NCBI RefSeq assembly: GCF_030684315.1
Contig: NC_081365.1
Span: 17,112,001 to 17,176,000, forward strand
Direction of reading: 5' to 3'
DNA: 64,000 bases
From: Stegostoma tigrinum
Lineage: Eukaryota
The translations under genes and the position numbers were made by a program. This document shows, one piece after another, positions 22,885 through 37,035 of the stretch (positions are counted from its first letter, which is position 1; every line of letters begins with the position of its first letter). Under the pieces are notes generated by a model. That model worked only from the letters and a program-made list of their open reading frames with translations, did not search any database and was not told the DNA's origin.

Positions 22885-23555
22885 GAGATAATGGGAACTG
22901 CAGATGCTGGAGAATTCCAAGATAATACAATGTGAGGCTGGATGAACACAGCAGGCCAAGCAGCATCTCAGGAGCACAAAAGCTGACGTTTCGGGCCTAG
23001 ACCCTTCATCAGAGAGGGGGATGGGGAGAGGGAGCTGGAATAAATAGGGAGAGAGGGGGAGGCGGACCGAAGATGGAGAGTAAAGAAGATAGGTGGAGAG
23101 AGTACAGGTGGGGAGGTAGGGAGGGGGTAGGTCAGTCCAGGGAAGACGGACAGGTCAAGGAGGTGGGATGAGGTTAGTAGGTAGCTGGGGGTGCGGCTTG
23201 GTGTGGGAGGAAGGGATGGGTGAGAGGAAGAACTGGTTCTTCCTCTCACCCATCCCTTCCTCCCACACCAAGCCGCACCCCCAGCTACCTACTAACCTCA
23301 TCCCACCTCCTTGACCTGTCCGTCTTCCCTGGACTGACCTACCCCCTCCCTACCTCCCCACCTGTACTCTCTCCACCTATCTTCTTTACTCTCCATCTTC
23401 GGTCCGCCTCCCCCTCTCTCCCTATTTATTCCAGCTCCCTCTCCCCATCCCCCTCTCTGATGAAGGGTCTAGGCCCGAAACGTCAGCTTTTGTGCTCCTG
23501 AGATGCTGCTTGGCCTGCTGTGTTCATCCAGCCTCACATTTTATTATCTTGGAAT
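22885..23555. mobile_element. Penelope-A near-perfect palindrome (320-bp arms, 2-nt loop)
   Basis: Arms 22914-23233 / 23236-23555; HHR motifs at 22985-23012 (-) and 23457-23484 (+). Confidence 0.92.
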
Positions 23556-26095
23556 AAACCAGTGTGACAATGGTTTCCAATTCCAGTCACCAGAACAATG
23601 GCAAGGCTTTGTGTACGCTTTATGAGAGACTTGTTAGAACTGCTCCAGTGATGTGGGATTACAAATAGGCAAAGGTAACTTTCACAGGAGTCAAGAATCA
23701 GCAGATATTTAATGGATGTGTATTAAATTTTGAAGGGTATTGGGTAGGATAAATAGCGACAGCTGCCAAACAGTTGAAGGATAAACAAACAAATGACTCA
23801 GGTTTAACATCAAATGAGTTGATTGGTGAAAGAATCAGAGGTGACATGAAGGTAAACCTTTGCACAAAGGGTGTTCGGGACTTGGAAATGAAGAAGGGGA
23901 GAAAGCAGAGGTGGGGAGATGTAGTGTAGAGCACTCATAGGACTTACTGGATTGCTTTTCCAAAGTACTGGCACCGATTCAATGGCCTGAATGGCTCCCT
24001 CTGTGCTGCACTGTTCTATTGGACCCTGAAATTTCTGCAGCTTAAGAGGAAGCGAGGGGACAGTGGGTGGAGTCAGGAGGGCGATGATTCAGGGCCCAGA
24101 GTACCAGGGCCCATGGCCTTCCTCCCTGGCTCATGGAGCGGGGGTGGGGGGGGGGGGGGGGGGGGGGGGGCGCTGGTCGTTATAACTCTATCGTCCCTCA
24201 GGCAGCTTCTGAAAGCCTTTGGAAATCCACTTGACCCAGTTATGGTTCAGGCACAGGACGAGGGAAATGGCTACAAACATGATCAGGATTGCCGCCAATT
24301 TAACATACAGGCCAGGCTGGGAATGCAATGTTGGCCAGTCATACAAACCATCTAAGGCCTCTGGACAAACCACTGGCAATGGCATTGAGTTCAGGCTCCT
24401 CTGCTGTGAGCTGCAAACAATCTCAAAAAGGGCTGGAGTAAGACTAAATACATTGCGTTGCCATCCATCATTGGATTCAGGGTCACAGAGACTGACTTCT
24501 ACATTGAGTTTCACTTGTAGCTCTTAATTAGGAATTAAAACGGAGACTGTTTCATTACACTGTCTGATTCAGTGTTAAACATTGCTGCCTAAGAGAGCTT
24601 TCTTTTTACATCTAGTCACATTCTATTGACACTCTTCTTCCCCCACAATTTACCCACCTTCATCACCATCTGCTCCCCATCAAACCCCACCCCTCATCCC
24701 TAGCCTAGGCTGGCCACCTCAGTTGGAATATGTGCATGTCTGAGCATTGTGAGGATCGTAATTGTCTTGGCCAAGCTGGTTATTGTATGCAGCCAAGTAT
24801 TTTCAAAGTCTGGGCTCGCTCCCAATTAGTGATCCCTTGGCTGAGGCAATGGAAGGGTAAGCCACTGGTGTAAACCAATACTTGAGCATGAGTTAGCACT
24901 TTCAGGCAACAAAATAGGCGGAGAACATCACCATTCGGCCCAAAGTGCCTATGGTGACCCATTGAAAGAAATAGCTGATTTGCCTAACCTGATCCTCCAC
25001 TCTGTTTCTAGGTACAGGCAGTCCCTAGCTTGCGAGCAAGTTCTGATCTAGCGTCCATTCACAAGTCAATTGATAGGCAAGTCAGAATACAATGCAGGAT
25101 GATGTAAAGCAGCTGTTCACTAGTCCATGTAAAAGGATATGTTTGTATGCTGAGTCTTTAAAATTACACCCCTGGATAGGACTCCATTGGTAAGTATGAG
25201 TGCTTGTAATTTGGCTGTCTGCAATTGGGGGACCCCCATACTCACATCACATACTGATCATGCTTGCTCTCCCTCATCCCCACTCTACTGACACACTTCT
25301 CATCCCTTGAAAAATCCAGACAGTATCATCACTATGGAAACAGTTTGATACAGAACACTGTGTAATTCAAGGTGCCAAATTTCCTATGAGAATGGATAAG
25401 GGAGATGTTGGCATAACAACTGGGAAAAGCCCTTTGTGACTCTCCTTTGGCACACCAAGTGCAATAAGAAAAGATTCAGCTTTTTGAAGTTGATTCCTTA
25501 AAATATTCTTTCATTTTGGGAACTTTTGCTCCTTTCTGCTGCAATTGTTATGCATTCAATGACATGCAATTAATTGCATGCATTTCTCAAATTGCATTTT
25601 GGATTTAAAATGCCATGTTTTTAAATTTATCAACTATGTATACATTGCTAAGTTACAGATGGGCTAAAGGGGGAAATCTTTCCCAGATCTTACACATCAC
25701 AACTGCCTCACTACCTGGCCACCACTGTACAACACGATGCCCTCCCCCATCGCAAAAAAAACACTATTATCAACACTGTAAATTAAGGTCCCTCCTTCCC
25801 AACTCTGCCCTCTCCTGAGGCATAGTAACCCTCAAGTTAAACCAACACCAGTTGTCTCACTCTCTTTCTCTATTGAGAGAGCAGTGTCTGGGACCATGCT
25901 GAATTTACTTTGTTTGTTCAATAAGGTTTTGGACCCAGAGGATTTCCGCTTTCTTTCACAATTAGGATCACTCTGCCGGGCCGCAATGTTGAGCTCATGC
26001 TACATCCAAAGAAGTGGTGTAAAAAAAACTTTAATTTTCAAACTAGGCCACATTATGGCCTCACCTTACAGAAATTAGCCCCAGTTCAGTCTAGT

Positions 26096-26436
26096 CATAG
26101 ACTCCCTACAGGGTGGAAACAGCCATTCAGCCCAACAAGTCCACACCAACTCTTGAAAGAGTATCCCACCCAGATTCACCGCACACCCCCCCCCCCTCCA
26201 CTATCCCTGTAACCATGCATTTCCCATGGATAATTGTCTCCATATCTCCAGACACTGTGTGTAATTTAGCACAGGCAGTCTACCTAACCTGCACATCTTT
26301 GGATTGTGGGAGAAAATGCACACAGACATGTGAGGGATTGTACAAACTCCACACAGATAGCCACCAGACACTAGAATTGAACCCAGGTCCCTGGGGCTGT
26401 GAGGCAGCAGTGCTATCCGCTGAGCTATCATACCAC
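26096..26436 (-). mobile_element. HE1-like V-SINE, diverged
   Basis: Homologous to 4826-5158. Confidence 0.78.
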
Positions 26437-26658
26437 ATTTAACATGTTTATGGCTGATCTCTTCTCAGCCTCAACTTCACGTTCCAGCCTGCTCTCCATG
26501 ACCCTTCAACTCGTAACTAATGAAATTCTTTACTCCTCCTCAAATTTACTTAATGTCCCAGCATCCACCGCACTCTGGGGAAGTGAATTCCACAGATTCA
26601 CAAACCTTTGAGTGAAGTCATTTCCCCTCATTTCTGTTTTAAATCTGCTTCCCCTTAT

Positions 26659-28112
26659 ATAGAACATAGAACATTACAGCACAGAACAGGCCCTTTGGCT
26701 CTCGATGTTGTGCCGACCTGTCATACTGATCTCAAGCCCGTCTAGCCTACACTATTCCATGTACGTCCATATGCTTGTCCAATGATGACTTAAATGTACT
26801 TAAAGTTGCCGAATCTACGACCGTTGCAGGCAAAACGTTCCATTCCCTTACTACTCTCTGAGTAAAGAAACTACCTCTGACATCTGTCCTATATCTTTCA
26901 CCCCTCAATTTAAAGCTATGCCCCCTCGTGGTCGCTGTCACCATCCTAGGAAAAAGGCTCTCCCTATCCACCCTATCTAACCCTCTGATTATTTTATATA
27001 TCTCAATTAAGTCACCTCTCAACCTTCTTCTCTCTAATGAAAACAGCCTCAAGTCCCTCAGACTTTCCTCGTAAGACCTTCCCTCCAGACCAGGCAACAT
27101 CCTAGTGAATCTCCTCTGCACCCTTTTCAAAGCTTCCACATCCTTCTTATAATGCGGTAGCCAGAACTGTACGCAATACTCCAAGTGCGGCCGCACCAGA
27201 GTTTTGTACAGCTTCACCATAACCTCTTGGTTCCGAAACCCAATCCCTCTATTAATAAAAGCTAAAACACTGTATTCCTTCTTAACAGCCCTGTCAACCT
27301 GGGTGGCAACTTTCAAGGATCTGTGTACATGGACACTGAGATCCCTCTGCTCATCTACACTACTAAGAATCTTACCATTAGCCCTGTACTTTGCCTTCTG
27401 GTTACTCCTACCAAAGTGCATCACCTCACACTTGTCCGCATTAAACTCCATTTGCCACCTCTCAGCCCAGTTCTGCAGCTTATCTATGTCTCTCTGCAAC
27501 CTACATCATCCTTCATCACTATCCACAACTCCACCGACCTTAGTGTCGTCTGCAAATTTACTAACCCATCCTTCTACACCCTCATCCAGGTCATTTATAA
27601 AAATGACAAATAGCAGTGGACCCAACACCGACCCTTGCGGTACACCACTAGTAACTGCTCTTCAGGATGAACATTTCCCATCAACTACCACCCTCGGTCT
27701 TCTTTCAGCAAGCCAATTTCCAATCCAAACTGCTATATCTCCCACAATCCCATTCCTCCACATTTTGTACAATAGCCTACTGTGGGGAACCTTATCGAAC
27801 GCCTTGCTGAAATCCATATACAGCATATCAACCGGTTTACTCTCATCTACCTGTTTGGTCACCTTCTCAAAGAACTCAATAAGGTTTGTGAGGCACGAGC
27901 TACCCTTCACAAAACAGTGCTGACTATCCCTAATCAATTTATTCTTTTCTAGATGATTATAAATCCTATCCCTTATAACCTTTTCCAACACTTTACCAAC
28001 AACTGAGGTAAGGCTCACTGGTCTATAATTACCAGGGTTATCTCTACTCCCCTTCTTGAACAGGAGAACCACATTTGCTATCCTCCAGTCGTCTGGCACT
28101 ATTCCTGTAGAC
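26659..28112 (-). mobile_element. 5'-truncated CR1 LINE, same subfamily as 837-4548, nested in an older CR1
   Basis: Near-identical RT/C-terminal protein (FADD); (AGAACAT)n tail. Confidence 0.93.
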
Positions 28113-28439
28113 GATTACCCTAAAGATGTGACTTCTTATTCCAGATTATACCACATGAGGAAACATCTCTTCTGCATCTACTTTGTCAACCCCTTTACTA
28201 TTTTCTTTCCCTTAATTAAATCTCGCCTCATTCTTCCAAACTCCAGCGAGTATAGGCCTAAACTGCTCAATATCTCTTCACAAGATAAAGCCTTCATCTC
28301 TGAAATGAATCTAGTGAGCATCTTTTGAACAACCTCCAATGCAACTACATCCCTCATCAAATAAAGGGGCTAAAACTGGATGTAATACTCCAGGTGTGAT
28401 CTCACTAACGCTTTATACAGAGATCTGTAGGCCAGAACA

Positions 28440-29184
28440 GCTATTAATGAAGAGATCCAGCATTGCCTCCAGTGTGCCTAAGGAAAAGGGTGTTTGCAAA
28501 CAAAAACATCAGATCCAACTCCAAGATCTTGGTTTACAAGGCTGTGATGGTTTCCACCCACTGTATGACTCTGAGATTTGGACTGGCTACAGCAGACACC
28601 TCAAGGCACTGGAGCAACACCACTGATGCTGCTTGTACAAGATCCAATAAATCCGCTGGGAAGTAAGATGCACCAATACCAGCGCACAGGTCAACATCCT
28701 GAGCATCAAGGTACTGACCACCCTTGATCGGCTACTATGGGGTGGGCACTTTGTCCGCATGACCAACACAAGACTCCCCAAGCAGGTACTGTACTCCCTG
28801 CTCCGAAACAGCAGGTAAGCCCCAGGTGGACAGAGGAAATGCTTCAGGGTTTCCCTCAAGGTCTCACTGGCAAAGTACAGCATTCCCACCAACACCTGGG
28901 AATCACTGCCCAAAGAATGTCCAAAGTGGAGGAGGAGCATCTGGAAAGGCACTGAGCACCTCAGGAACTACCATCAGGAAAAAGCAGAAGCTGGGCAAAA
29001 ACAGAGAAAGGAATGCGCTGTCACACCAACACCCCATCCACTCCTGCCTGCGAACACCTTCTGCCCCAAGTGTAACAGTTCTATAGATGCCCCATTAGTC
29101 TGTACAGCCACCTATGGGCTTACTCTGAGAGTGAAAGCGAGCCATCCTTGTCCTGCAAGGAATTGCCATTGAATGAATGAATGA
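28440..29184 (+). mobile_element. RTE-clade LINE 3' fragment, degenerate
   Basis: SKILVYKAVMV / YDSEIWTGYSRHLKALEQHH match the RTE thumb pattern (TK..VY.A.V...LYG.E.W..Y.RH...LE.FH); (TGAA)n tail. Confidence 0.72.
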
Positions 29185-29749
29185 TACAGTTGCAGCAACT
29201 GTTTCCTACTTTTATATTCTATTCCTTTAGCAATAATGTCAAAGTTCCATTTGACTTGATATTACCTGCTGTACCGACATATTAGTTTTATGCAATTTAT
29301 GCACGATTCCCAGATCCCTCTGTACAGAAGCACTCAGAGGTTTCCCTCTATTTAGATAATAACTTATGTTTCCATTCTAACCAACCAGAATGAATATCCA
29401 CACACTTATCCACATTACATGTCATCTGCTAAGTTTTGGCCCATTCACCCAACCTATTTGTAGCCAATTGTAAATTTATTGCTTCTTCATTGACCAATGG
29501 TCACTTAGATTGGCCACTTTCATTTGGCCACATGTTATTGCTTGCGTGATCCTTAACCAAGTGAAATGTTATCATGTGGCATTCCCCATTGATTAAACAT
29601 TGTTACATTTCCCTTGGTTGAGGGGTATAATATCACCAGTCCCAAATGAAATATTTGATTTTTCTGCTCTATAGCAAATGAATTAGTTAATTGATAAATC
29701 AAAGAGCAAAAGAATAGAGAGATTTAAGGTTAAGCATTAGACAATGAAG

Positions 29750-30500
29750 AAGGTTCTCTCAGAGTGAAACGGGGCCTTGAACAGATGGGCCAATGGGCAG
29801 AGGAGTGGCAGAAGGAGTTTAATTTAGATAAATGCGAGGGGTTGCATTTTGGTAAAGCAAACCAGGCCAGGAGTTATGCAGGTAGTGGTCAGACTCTGGG
29901 GATTGTTGCCAAACAGAAGAGACACAGGGTGCAGGTGCCCAGTCTTTTGAAAGTCAAGTCACAGGTAGACAGGACGGTAAAGGTAGCATTTGGTATGCTT
30001 GTTTTCACTGGTCAGTGCTTGAGTACAGGAGTTGGGACATTGTGTTGCGGCTGTACAGGACATTGGTGAGGCTACTTTTAAAATATTGCATTCAATTCAT
30101 TGTTTCCCAGCAACTGGAAGAATGTTGTTAAACTCAAAAGGGTTCAGAAAACGTTTTCAAGAATATTGCCAACACTGGAGGGTTTAAGTTGCACGGAAAG
30201 GCGAATATGCTCGGGATATTTTCCTCGGAGTGTCAGAACCTGAGGACTGACCTTATTGAGGTTTTCAAAATTGTGAGGAGCATGTATGCAGTGATTAGCT
30301 AAGGCCAGGTAGAGAATTCCAAAACTAGGGGGCATAAGTTTAAGATAAGAGGACAAAGATTTAAAAGGGAACTGATGGGCAACTTTTTCAATGTAGAGGG
30401 TTAGTACATGGATGGAATAAGGTGCCAGAGGAGGTGGTGAAGGCAAGGACAATTACCACATTTAAAAGGGATCTGGGTGGGTACATGAATAGGAAGGTGG
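29750..30500 (+). mobile_element. Old CR1 3' fragment (continues near 33625-33730)
   Basis: WAEEWQKEFNLDKC..HFG degenerate ORF2. Confidence 0.75.
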
Positions 30501-30551
30501 CATAAATCTGCAGATGCTGGTATCCCATCACTAAGTCACCCTTTGTTTATG

Positions 30552-32826
30552 AGAGATAATGGGAACTGCAGATGCTGGAGAATCCAAGATAATAAAGTGT
30601 GAAGCTGGATGAACACAGCAGGCCAAGCAGCATCTCAGGAGCACAAAAGCTGACGTTTCGGTCCTAGACCCTTCATCAGAGAGGGGGATGGGGTGAATGT
30701 TCTGGAATAAATAGGGAGAGAGGGGGAGGCGGACCGAAGATGGAGAGAAAAGAAGATAGGTGGAGAGGAGAGTATAGGTGGGGAGGTAGGGAGGGGATAG
30801 GTCAGTCCAGGGAAGACGGACAGGTCAAGGAGGTGGGATGAGGTTGGTAGGTAGGAGATGGAGGTGCGCTTGGGTTGGGAGGAAGGGATGGATGAGAGGA
30901 AGAACAGGTTAGGGAAGCAGAGACAGGCTGGGCTGGTTTTGGGATGCAGTGGGGGGAGGGGATGAGATGGGCTGGTTGTGTGATGCAGTGGGGGGAGGGG
31001 ACGAACTGGGCTGGTTTTGGGATGCGGTGGAGGAAGGGGAGATTTTGAAACTGGTGAAGTCCACATTGATACCATTGGGCTGCAGGGTTCCCAAGTGGAA
31101 TATGAGTTGCTGTTCCTGCAACCTTCGGGTGGCATCGTTGTGGCACTACAGGAGGCCCATGATGGGCATGTTGTCTAAAGAATGGGAGGGGGAGTTGAAA
31201 TGGTTCACGACTGGGAGGTGCAGATGTTTATTGCGAACCGAGTGGAGGTGTTCTGCAAAGCGGTCCCCAAGCCTGCGCTTGGTTTCCCCAATGTAGATGA
31301 AGCCACGCTGAGTACAATGGATACAGTATACCACATTGGCAGATGTGCAGGTGAACCTCTGCTTAATATGGAAAGTCATCTTGGGGCCTGGGATAGGGAT
31401 GAGGGAGGAGGTGTGGGGGCAAGTGTAGCACTTCCTGCTGTTGCAGGGGAAAGTGCCGGGTGTGGTGGGGTTGGAGGGCAGTGTGGAGCGAACATGGGAG
31501 TCACGGAGAGAGTGGTCTCTCCGGAAAGCAGACAAGGGTGGGGATGGAAAAATGTCTTGGGTGGTGGGGTCGGATTGTAAATGGCAGAAGTGTCGGAGGA
31601 TGATGCGTTGTATCCGAAGGTATCCGGAGCTCGAACAGTTCATTCACTTCAACAACACCTTCCACCCCAATCTCAAGTTCACCTGGGCCATCGCCAACAC
31701 TCCCCTCACCTTCCTGGACCTCTCAGTCTCCATCTCAGGCAACCAGCTTGTAACTGATGTCCATTTCAAGCCCACCGACTCCCACAGCTACCTAGAATAC
31801 ACCTCCTCCCACCCACCCTCCGGCAAAAATTCCATCCCCTATTCCCAATTCCTCCGCCTCCGCCGCGTCTGCTCCCACGATGTGGCATTCCACTCCCGCA
31901 CATCCCAGATGTCCAAGTTCTTCAAGGACCGCAACTTTCCCCCCATAGTGGTCGAGAATGCCCTTGACCACGTCTCCCGCATTTCCTACAAAACATCCCT
32001 TCCCCTGCAACCACAGGAAATGCTACACTTGCCCCCACACCTCCTCCCGCACCCCCATCCCAGGCTCCAAGATGACTTTCCATATTAAGCAGAGGTTCAC
32101 CTGCACATCTGCCAATGTGGTATACTGCATCCACTGTACCCGGTGTGGCTTCCTCTACATTGGGGAAACCAAGTGGAGGCTTGGGGACCGCTTTGCAGAA
32201 CACCCCCGCTCGGTTTGCAATAAACATCTGCACCTCCCAGTCGCAAACCATTTCCACTCCCCCTCCCATTCTTTAGACAACATGTCCATCATGGGCCTCC
32301 TGCAGTGCCACAATGATGCCACCAGAAGGTTGCAGGAACAGCAACTCATATTCCGCTTGGGAACCCTGCAGCCCAATGGTATCAATGTGGACTTCAGCAG
32401 CTTCAAAATCTCCCCTTCCCCCACCGCGTCCCAAAACCAGCCCAGTTCGTCCCCCCCTCCCCCCACTGTATCCCAAAACCAGCCCAGCCTGTCTCTGCCT
32501 CCCTAACCTGTTCTTCCTCTCATCCATCCCTTCCTCCCAACCCAAGCCGCACCTCCATCTCCTACCTACTAACCTCATCCCACCTCCTTGACCTGTCCGT
32601 CTTCCCTGGACTGACCTATCCCCTCCCTACCTCCCCACCTATACTCTCCTCTCCACCTATCTTCTTTTCTCTCCATCTTCGGTCCGCCTCCCCCTCTCTC
32701 CCTATTTATTCCAGAACATTCACCCCATCCCCCTCTCTGATGAAGGGTTTAGGCCCGAAACATCAGCTTTTGTGCTCCTGAGATGCTGCTTGGCCTGCTG
32801 TGTTCATCCAGCTTCATACTTTGTTA
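30552..32826. mobile_element. Penelope-like element family A, two inverted 3' copies (minus 30552-about 31620, plus about 31621-32826)
   Basis: 16-bp TSD tcaccctttgtttatg (30536-30551, 32827-32842); RT C-terminus FHPNLKFT..FLDL..FKPTDSHSYL; GIY-YIG NVVYCIHCTRCGFLYIGETK..RFAEH in both arms; HHR motifs at 30652-30679 (-) and 32737-32764 (+). Confidence 0.93.
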
Positions 32827-33159
32827 TCACCCTTTGTTTATGCCTGCAGCGTCCTTGACACTGATCTAGCTCACTCCAAACCAGGTCTCAGAGTGAACAG
32901 AACCTCGAACACACCTGTTTATACCTGTCAGCCAGGGATGGAGTAACAACTTCAAACATGGGATGCATATCTAGCAAGATAGAGGCAGGGTAATTTGCTC
33001 CATTTGGAGCTCCAATCTTCTCATCTGTTCCCATTCCTTTAACTTTCTGAAATATTCTTTGTCTCCCTCCTCTGCAATAATTCTAACACCCTGTCCTTAT
33101 CTCACCACCATCCCCATCCCCACCCTCCACCACCCACCCACCGCCCCTGCGCAGTGATA

Positions 33160-33320
33160 TGATGAGGCAGTGAAGGGGGGAGTGGGGCAGTGAGGCAGTG
33201 ACAGGGAGAGTGGGATGGTGAGGCAGTGAGGGGGAGAGTGGGACGGTGAGGCAGTGACAGGGTCAGGGGGACGGTGAGGCAGTGACAGGGACAGGGGGTC
33301 AGTGAGGCAGTGACAGTGGC
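33160..33320. repeat. Short G-rich tandem repeat (gtgaggcagtga..ggg, about 27-28 bp period)
   Basis: About six imperfect units. Confidence 0.75.
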
Positions 33321-35139
33321 AGCTTCCTGGGTGTCCTTGCAATTTGGGTGCTGCCTGCGTCATGTGGAGAATGGATTTGAAACTCTGAGATCTGGACTTT
33401 ATTTTTTCTTGCCTCCCCTCCGGCTCCATCGAGATAGTTTAACTGCGATTTTTTGTAGCCAAGTGGGCACCAGTGAATCGTGACTTTGTGCACTTTTCCC
33501 TGTACTTATGTATTCCTGTGCTTAGTGCATGTGACAAACAAAATAATCCAAATCTAAATCTCATATTCTATGATACCCATGTGGTTGATCTCATTACAAT
33601 CACTCCTAAAGGGTTCAAAGGGACATTGGCCAAATGCTGGCAAATAGGAGTAGATTAATTTAGAATATCTGGTTAGCATGGCTGAGTTGGACAGAAGGGT
33701 CTGTTTCCTTGTTATAAAGCTCCATGACTTTAAACTCTTTTAGTGATGTTTAAAAGAAAATGATTTCTGAGATAGTTCTTCAGTAATAATGGCAGATGGA
33801 ATTCCAAGTATTTATTACCGTTCAACAAAATGATCAATGCAAGTATATTTCTAACTAATGTTTCCATACAGCTGTATGAATTTTTTCTTTGCAATTTGCA
33901 GTAAGTTATTAAAACAATAAAGCTGAAGTGAAACCTAAATAATCACTGACTCCCACACATCATTATTGAAACACAGCTTCAGGCCAATGAAGCTGGGTTC
34001 AGAGAGAAGTATCAGAGGTGCCTGACTTGCAGATAAAAGACACAATATACAATAAGAGTATATCACAGGATGATGTGTGATCTCCCTCCCTCCCTGCAAC
34101 TTTTCTCTCTTATGTCCCTACTTTATCTCTCCGAAGTTTGTGTTTCCCCCTCACACTTCTCTTTCCCCAGTTTGTGAATGTTTACCTCTCTCTCTCGCCC
34201 TCCTTTTCCAGTGTTCACCCATCAGGAGATTCCTGCCTTTACTTCTTCAGTAGAAAGCCCATTCTCCCCCATTGGGACACCCTGCCTTCTCTCCCCAGTA
34301 TTTCTAATGGAACTTATTCTATGGGCTGGGTGGGACAATACCATTCTCCCAAAATGGAAAGACTGAAGAGAGATGGATTACAACTTAAAGTCCAGGAAAA
34401 AACCTTCTCTACTTTGGACTGGGCCAGTGTTTCTCAATATCAGTGCCAGTGGTCTCTGTCACTGCAGGCTTTGACAGAGAAAAACATCAAACAGGGTTCC
34501 AACTGGCCTTTTGTTGGATGAGTCTTGTTGGCTGGAAAGCAATATGTTTGACTGTAACATTCTCGCAGTAGTCCAGCTCATAAATACTCTTATCTCACTT
34601 TCCCCCCACTTGAACAAAAGCTAAAACAGAAAGGTGGCCAAACACAAACACACTGAGGAGGCATTGGGCTGGTCCCATTTGAACAGCAGTGGACACCATT
34701 CACTGGCAGCTTTTCATTTTCTGATTCACATGGAGAGTCACCAAAATGCAAGCCACACTGAGCAGGAAAGCTAGCCACAGCTCACACAAGAGTTACTGGC
34801 CAGTTTTGGGAGGCATTGGAGAACATCAAACACGTTGTGAAATTCATCCCCACAAGATGACACTATTACTTTAGATGAGGTGGGGAGATACTTAACAGAA
34901 AGTGAATCAATATTTCCAAAGGATTTTATGCCTGGAGCCATTTCTGAATGGTTTCTGAGCCAAATAGAAACTGCAGGAGCAAAGTAGTAGCCTTCATTAC
35001 ATGAGGCAGGATCAATGCATTGATATTTTTGCAGCTTTGTTGCGTAGTTATAACATCGACTTTGTATAGTCATAATGTGTAAACTTTGCAACATGAACAT
35101 ACACAAACTCTACCACACAAAGCTAAACATCTGTAAACT

Positions 35140-35480
35140 GACAGCATTGGCTCAGTGGTTGTGCTCCCCTCTCTGTCTCTGGCTCTCCAGAGATTTGAAT
35201 GCAACATCCAGGCCAACAGCCCAAAGTGCAGCTGAGGGATTGGTGCACTGTTGGAGGATTTTTGGGTCAGAAGTTAAATAAAGGCCCTTTTTTGCCTTCC
35301 CAGGTGGGGAGAAAGTATTCCAAGGTACGACTTGAAGAAAGGTTGAGGAGTCTCCCCAACATCCAAATCAATATTTACCTCATAATCAACACCACCAAAG
35401 CAGGTGTTCTGATGATTATCACATTGCTGCTTGTGGACGGCTGCTCTTTGCAGATTAATTGCTATTTCCAACGTCACCAT
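35140..35480 (+). mobile_element. DeuSINE-like (SacSINE1/AmnSINE1-type) relic
   Basis: tRNA-like head plus ctgaggga..tgcactgttggagg..aggccc..caggtgg core, recalled from the Deu domain; weaker relics near 7470-7670 and 53950-54440. Confidence 0.55.
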
Positions 35481-37035
35481 AATTGTTGTTGGGATGTAAG
35501 CAAGACCAGCATTTATTGCTCATCCTTAATCGCCCCGGGGATTGGGTCCATTTCAAAAGTGCATCATTGTCCATGGAGCACTCTGGGACAACCTGAGGTG
35601 ATGAATGCGAATCCTTCTCTTACTGAACAGCTGACTGTCTGACTACTCTCCCTGTTAATATCACGAACAATTCTCTCTTTTCCACTACTGTCCCATTATC
35701 CTTCAAATCTGCTGTCATCACTTGTCTCCTTAAAATAAAAACAATTCTTCACTGTTCCATTCTTGAAAGCTACTGCCACATCTAACATATTTCCAGAGGA
35801 ACATACAAATTAGGAGCAGGTGTAGGACATTGGCCCCTTGTGAGATCATGACCGATCTGATTAGGTCCTCAAATCCATTTGTCCAATTATCCCAATAATC
35901 TTTGTCTTCGCATAGCTTCAGCTCATCTTCCACTGAAATCCTCATCCATGGTGTTGTTCCCTCTAGACTTGACTATTCCATCGCCTCCCATATTCTGCCA
36001 TCCAGAAATATAAAGTCATCCAAAGGTGCTACCTATTGTAGCTCACGTCAAATGTTTGAGGGTGTGAACTGGCTCTCAGACAAGAAAAGCTGCTGTTTTA
36101 AAATTCTCATTTTCATTATTAAATCTGTAATCTTCTCCAGCCTTACAGTCCTCTAAGATATCTGTCCTTCTTCAATTCTGGCCTCTTTGATATTAATCTT
36201 GCCCTTTGGAAGCCATGTCTGCAGCTGCCAAGAGACTAAATTCTGGAATTCCCTCCCGAAATCCCTCATTCTGTCTCCTTTTTTAATTCACTTGACACTT
36301 ATCTCTTTGAACCAGCTTTCGGCATCTGTCCTAATACCAGCTTGTGAGACTGATTTGTCAAATATTATTCCATAATACTTGAAGCCCCTTAGAATGTTCT
36401 GCTAAGCACTATAGGTACTATAGAAATGCAATTATTGGTTGTCGAGTTCTGCCTTTCTTTATATAAAAGCTGTACGTGCAGATTCGATGATGTGTTCATA
36501 CAGATACAAAGCAGCAATAGAGGCCAAATCAAAGCAAGCTAATCCGTGTGTCACCGCTGTGTCAGCAGCTAGGATCTATCGTGAATGTTACTGAGGAATT
36601 TTATAATCTACAATGCAAGTCATGGACAGCAGTAGATCTGATGTATTGCTCCATAAGTGAAGCTGCTCCACAACTCTTGGTAATGAATTATCACGTCAGT
36701 TTTCTAAGTGCGAGTATTCATCAGGTCTCACTATAAGTCAGGGAAATATTGCACTCTGAACATTTGTAGGTAGCATGCTTTCAGCTCTATTAAATTTAAT
36801 GCCAGCAATTGAATTTTGCCCGCGTTCGAGGAGACAAACTTTCACCTCAGGAAGCTTAGGTAGAAGACTAATCCCAGTTGAGGGGATTTAAGAATTTGTA
36901 TGAGGTGGAGAGGCCTAGGAAGGGAATTTTAGAGCCGAGGAGCGAGGCCGCTGGAAACTGAGTATTTAAAAACAGAGATACACAAGACAGCAGCGTGGGA
37001 GAAGTGCATATAATTGGAGATCATAAAAATTATCA

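Noticed and set aside
22968-23501. Twin 93-aa Pro/Ser-rich ORFs on opposite strands
   Set aside because: Consequence of the palindromic Penelope 3' UTR.
24140-24170. Poly-G run / poly-Gly ORF
   Set aside because: Simple homopolymer of unreliable length, with no coding support.
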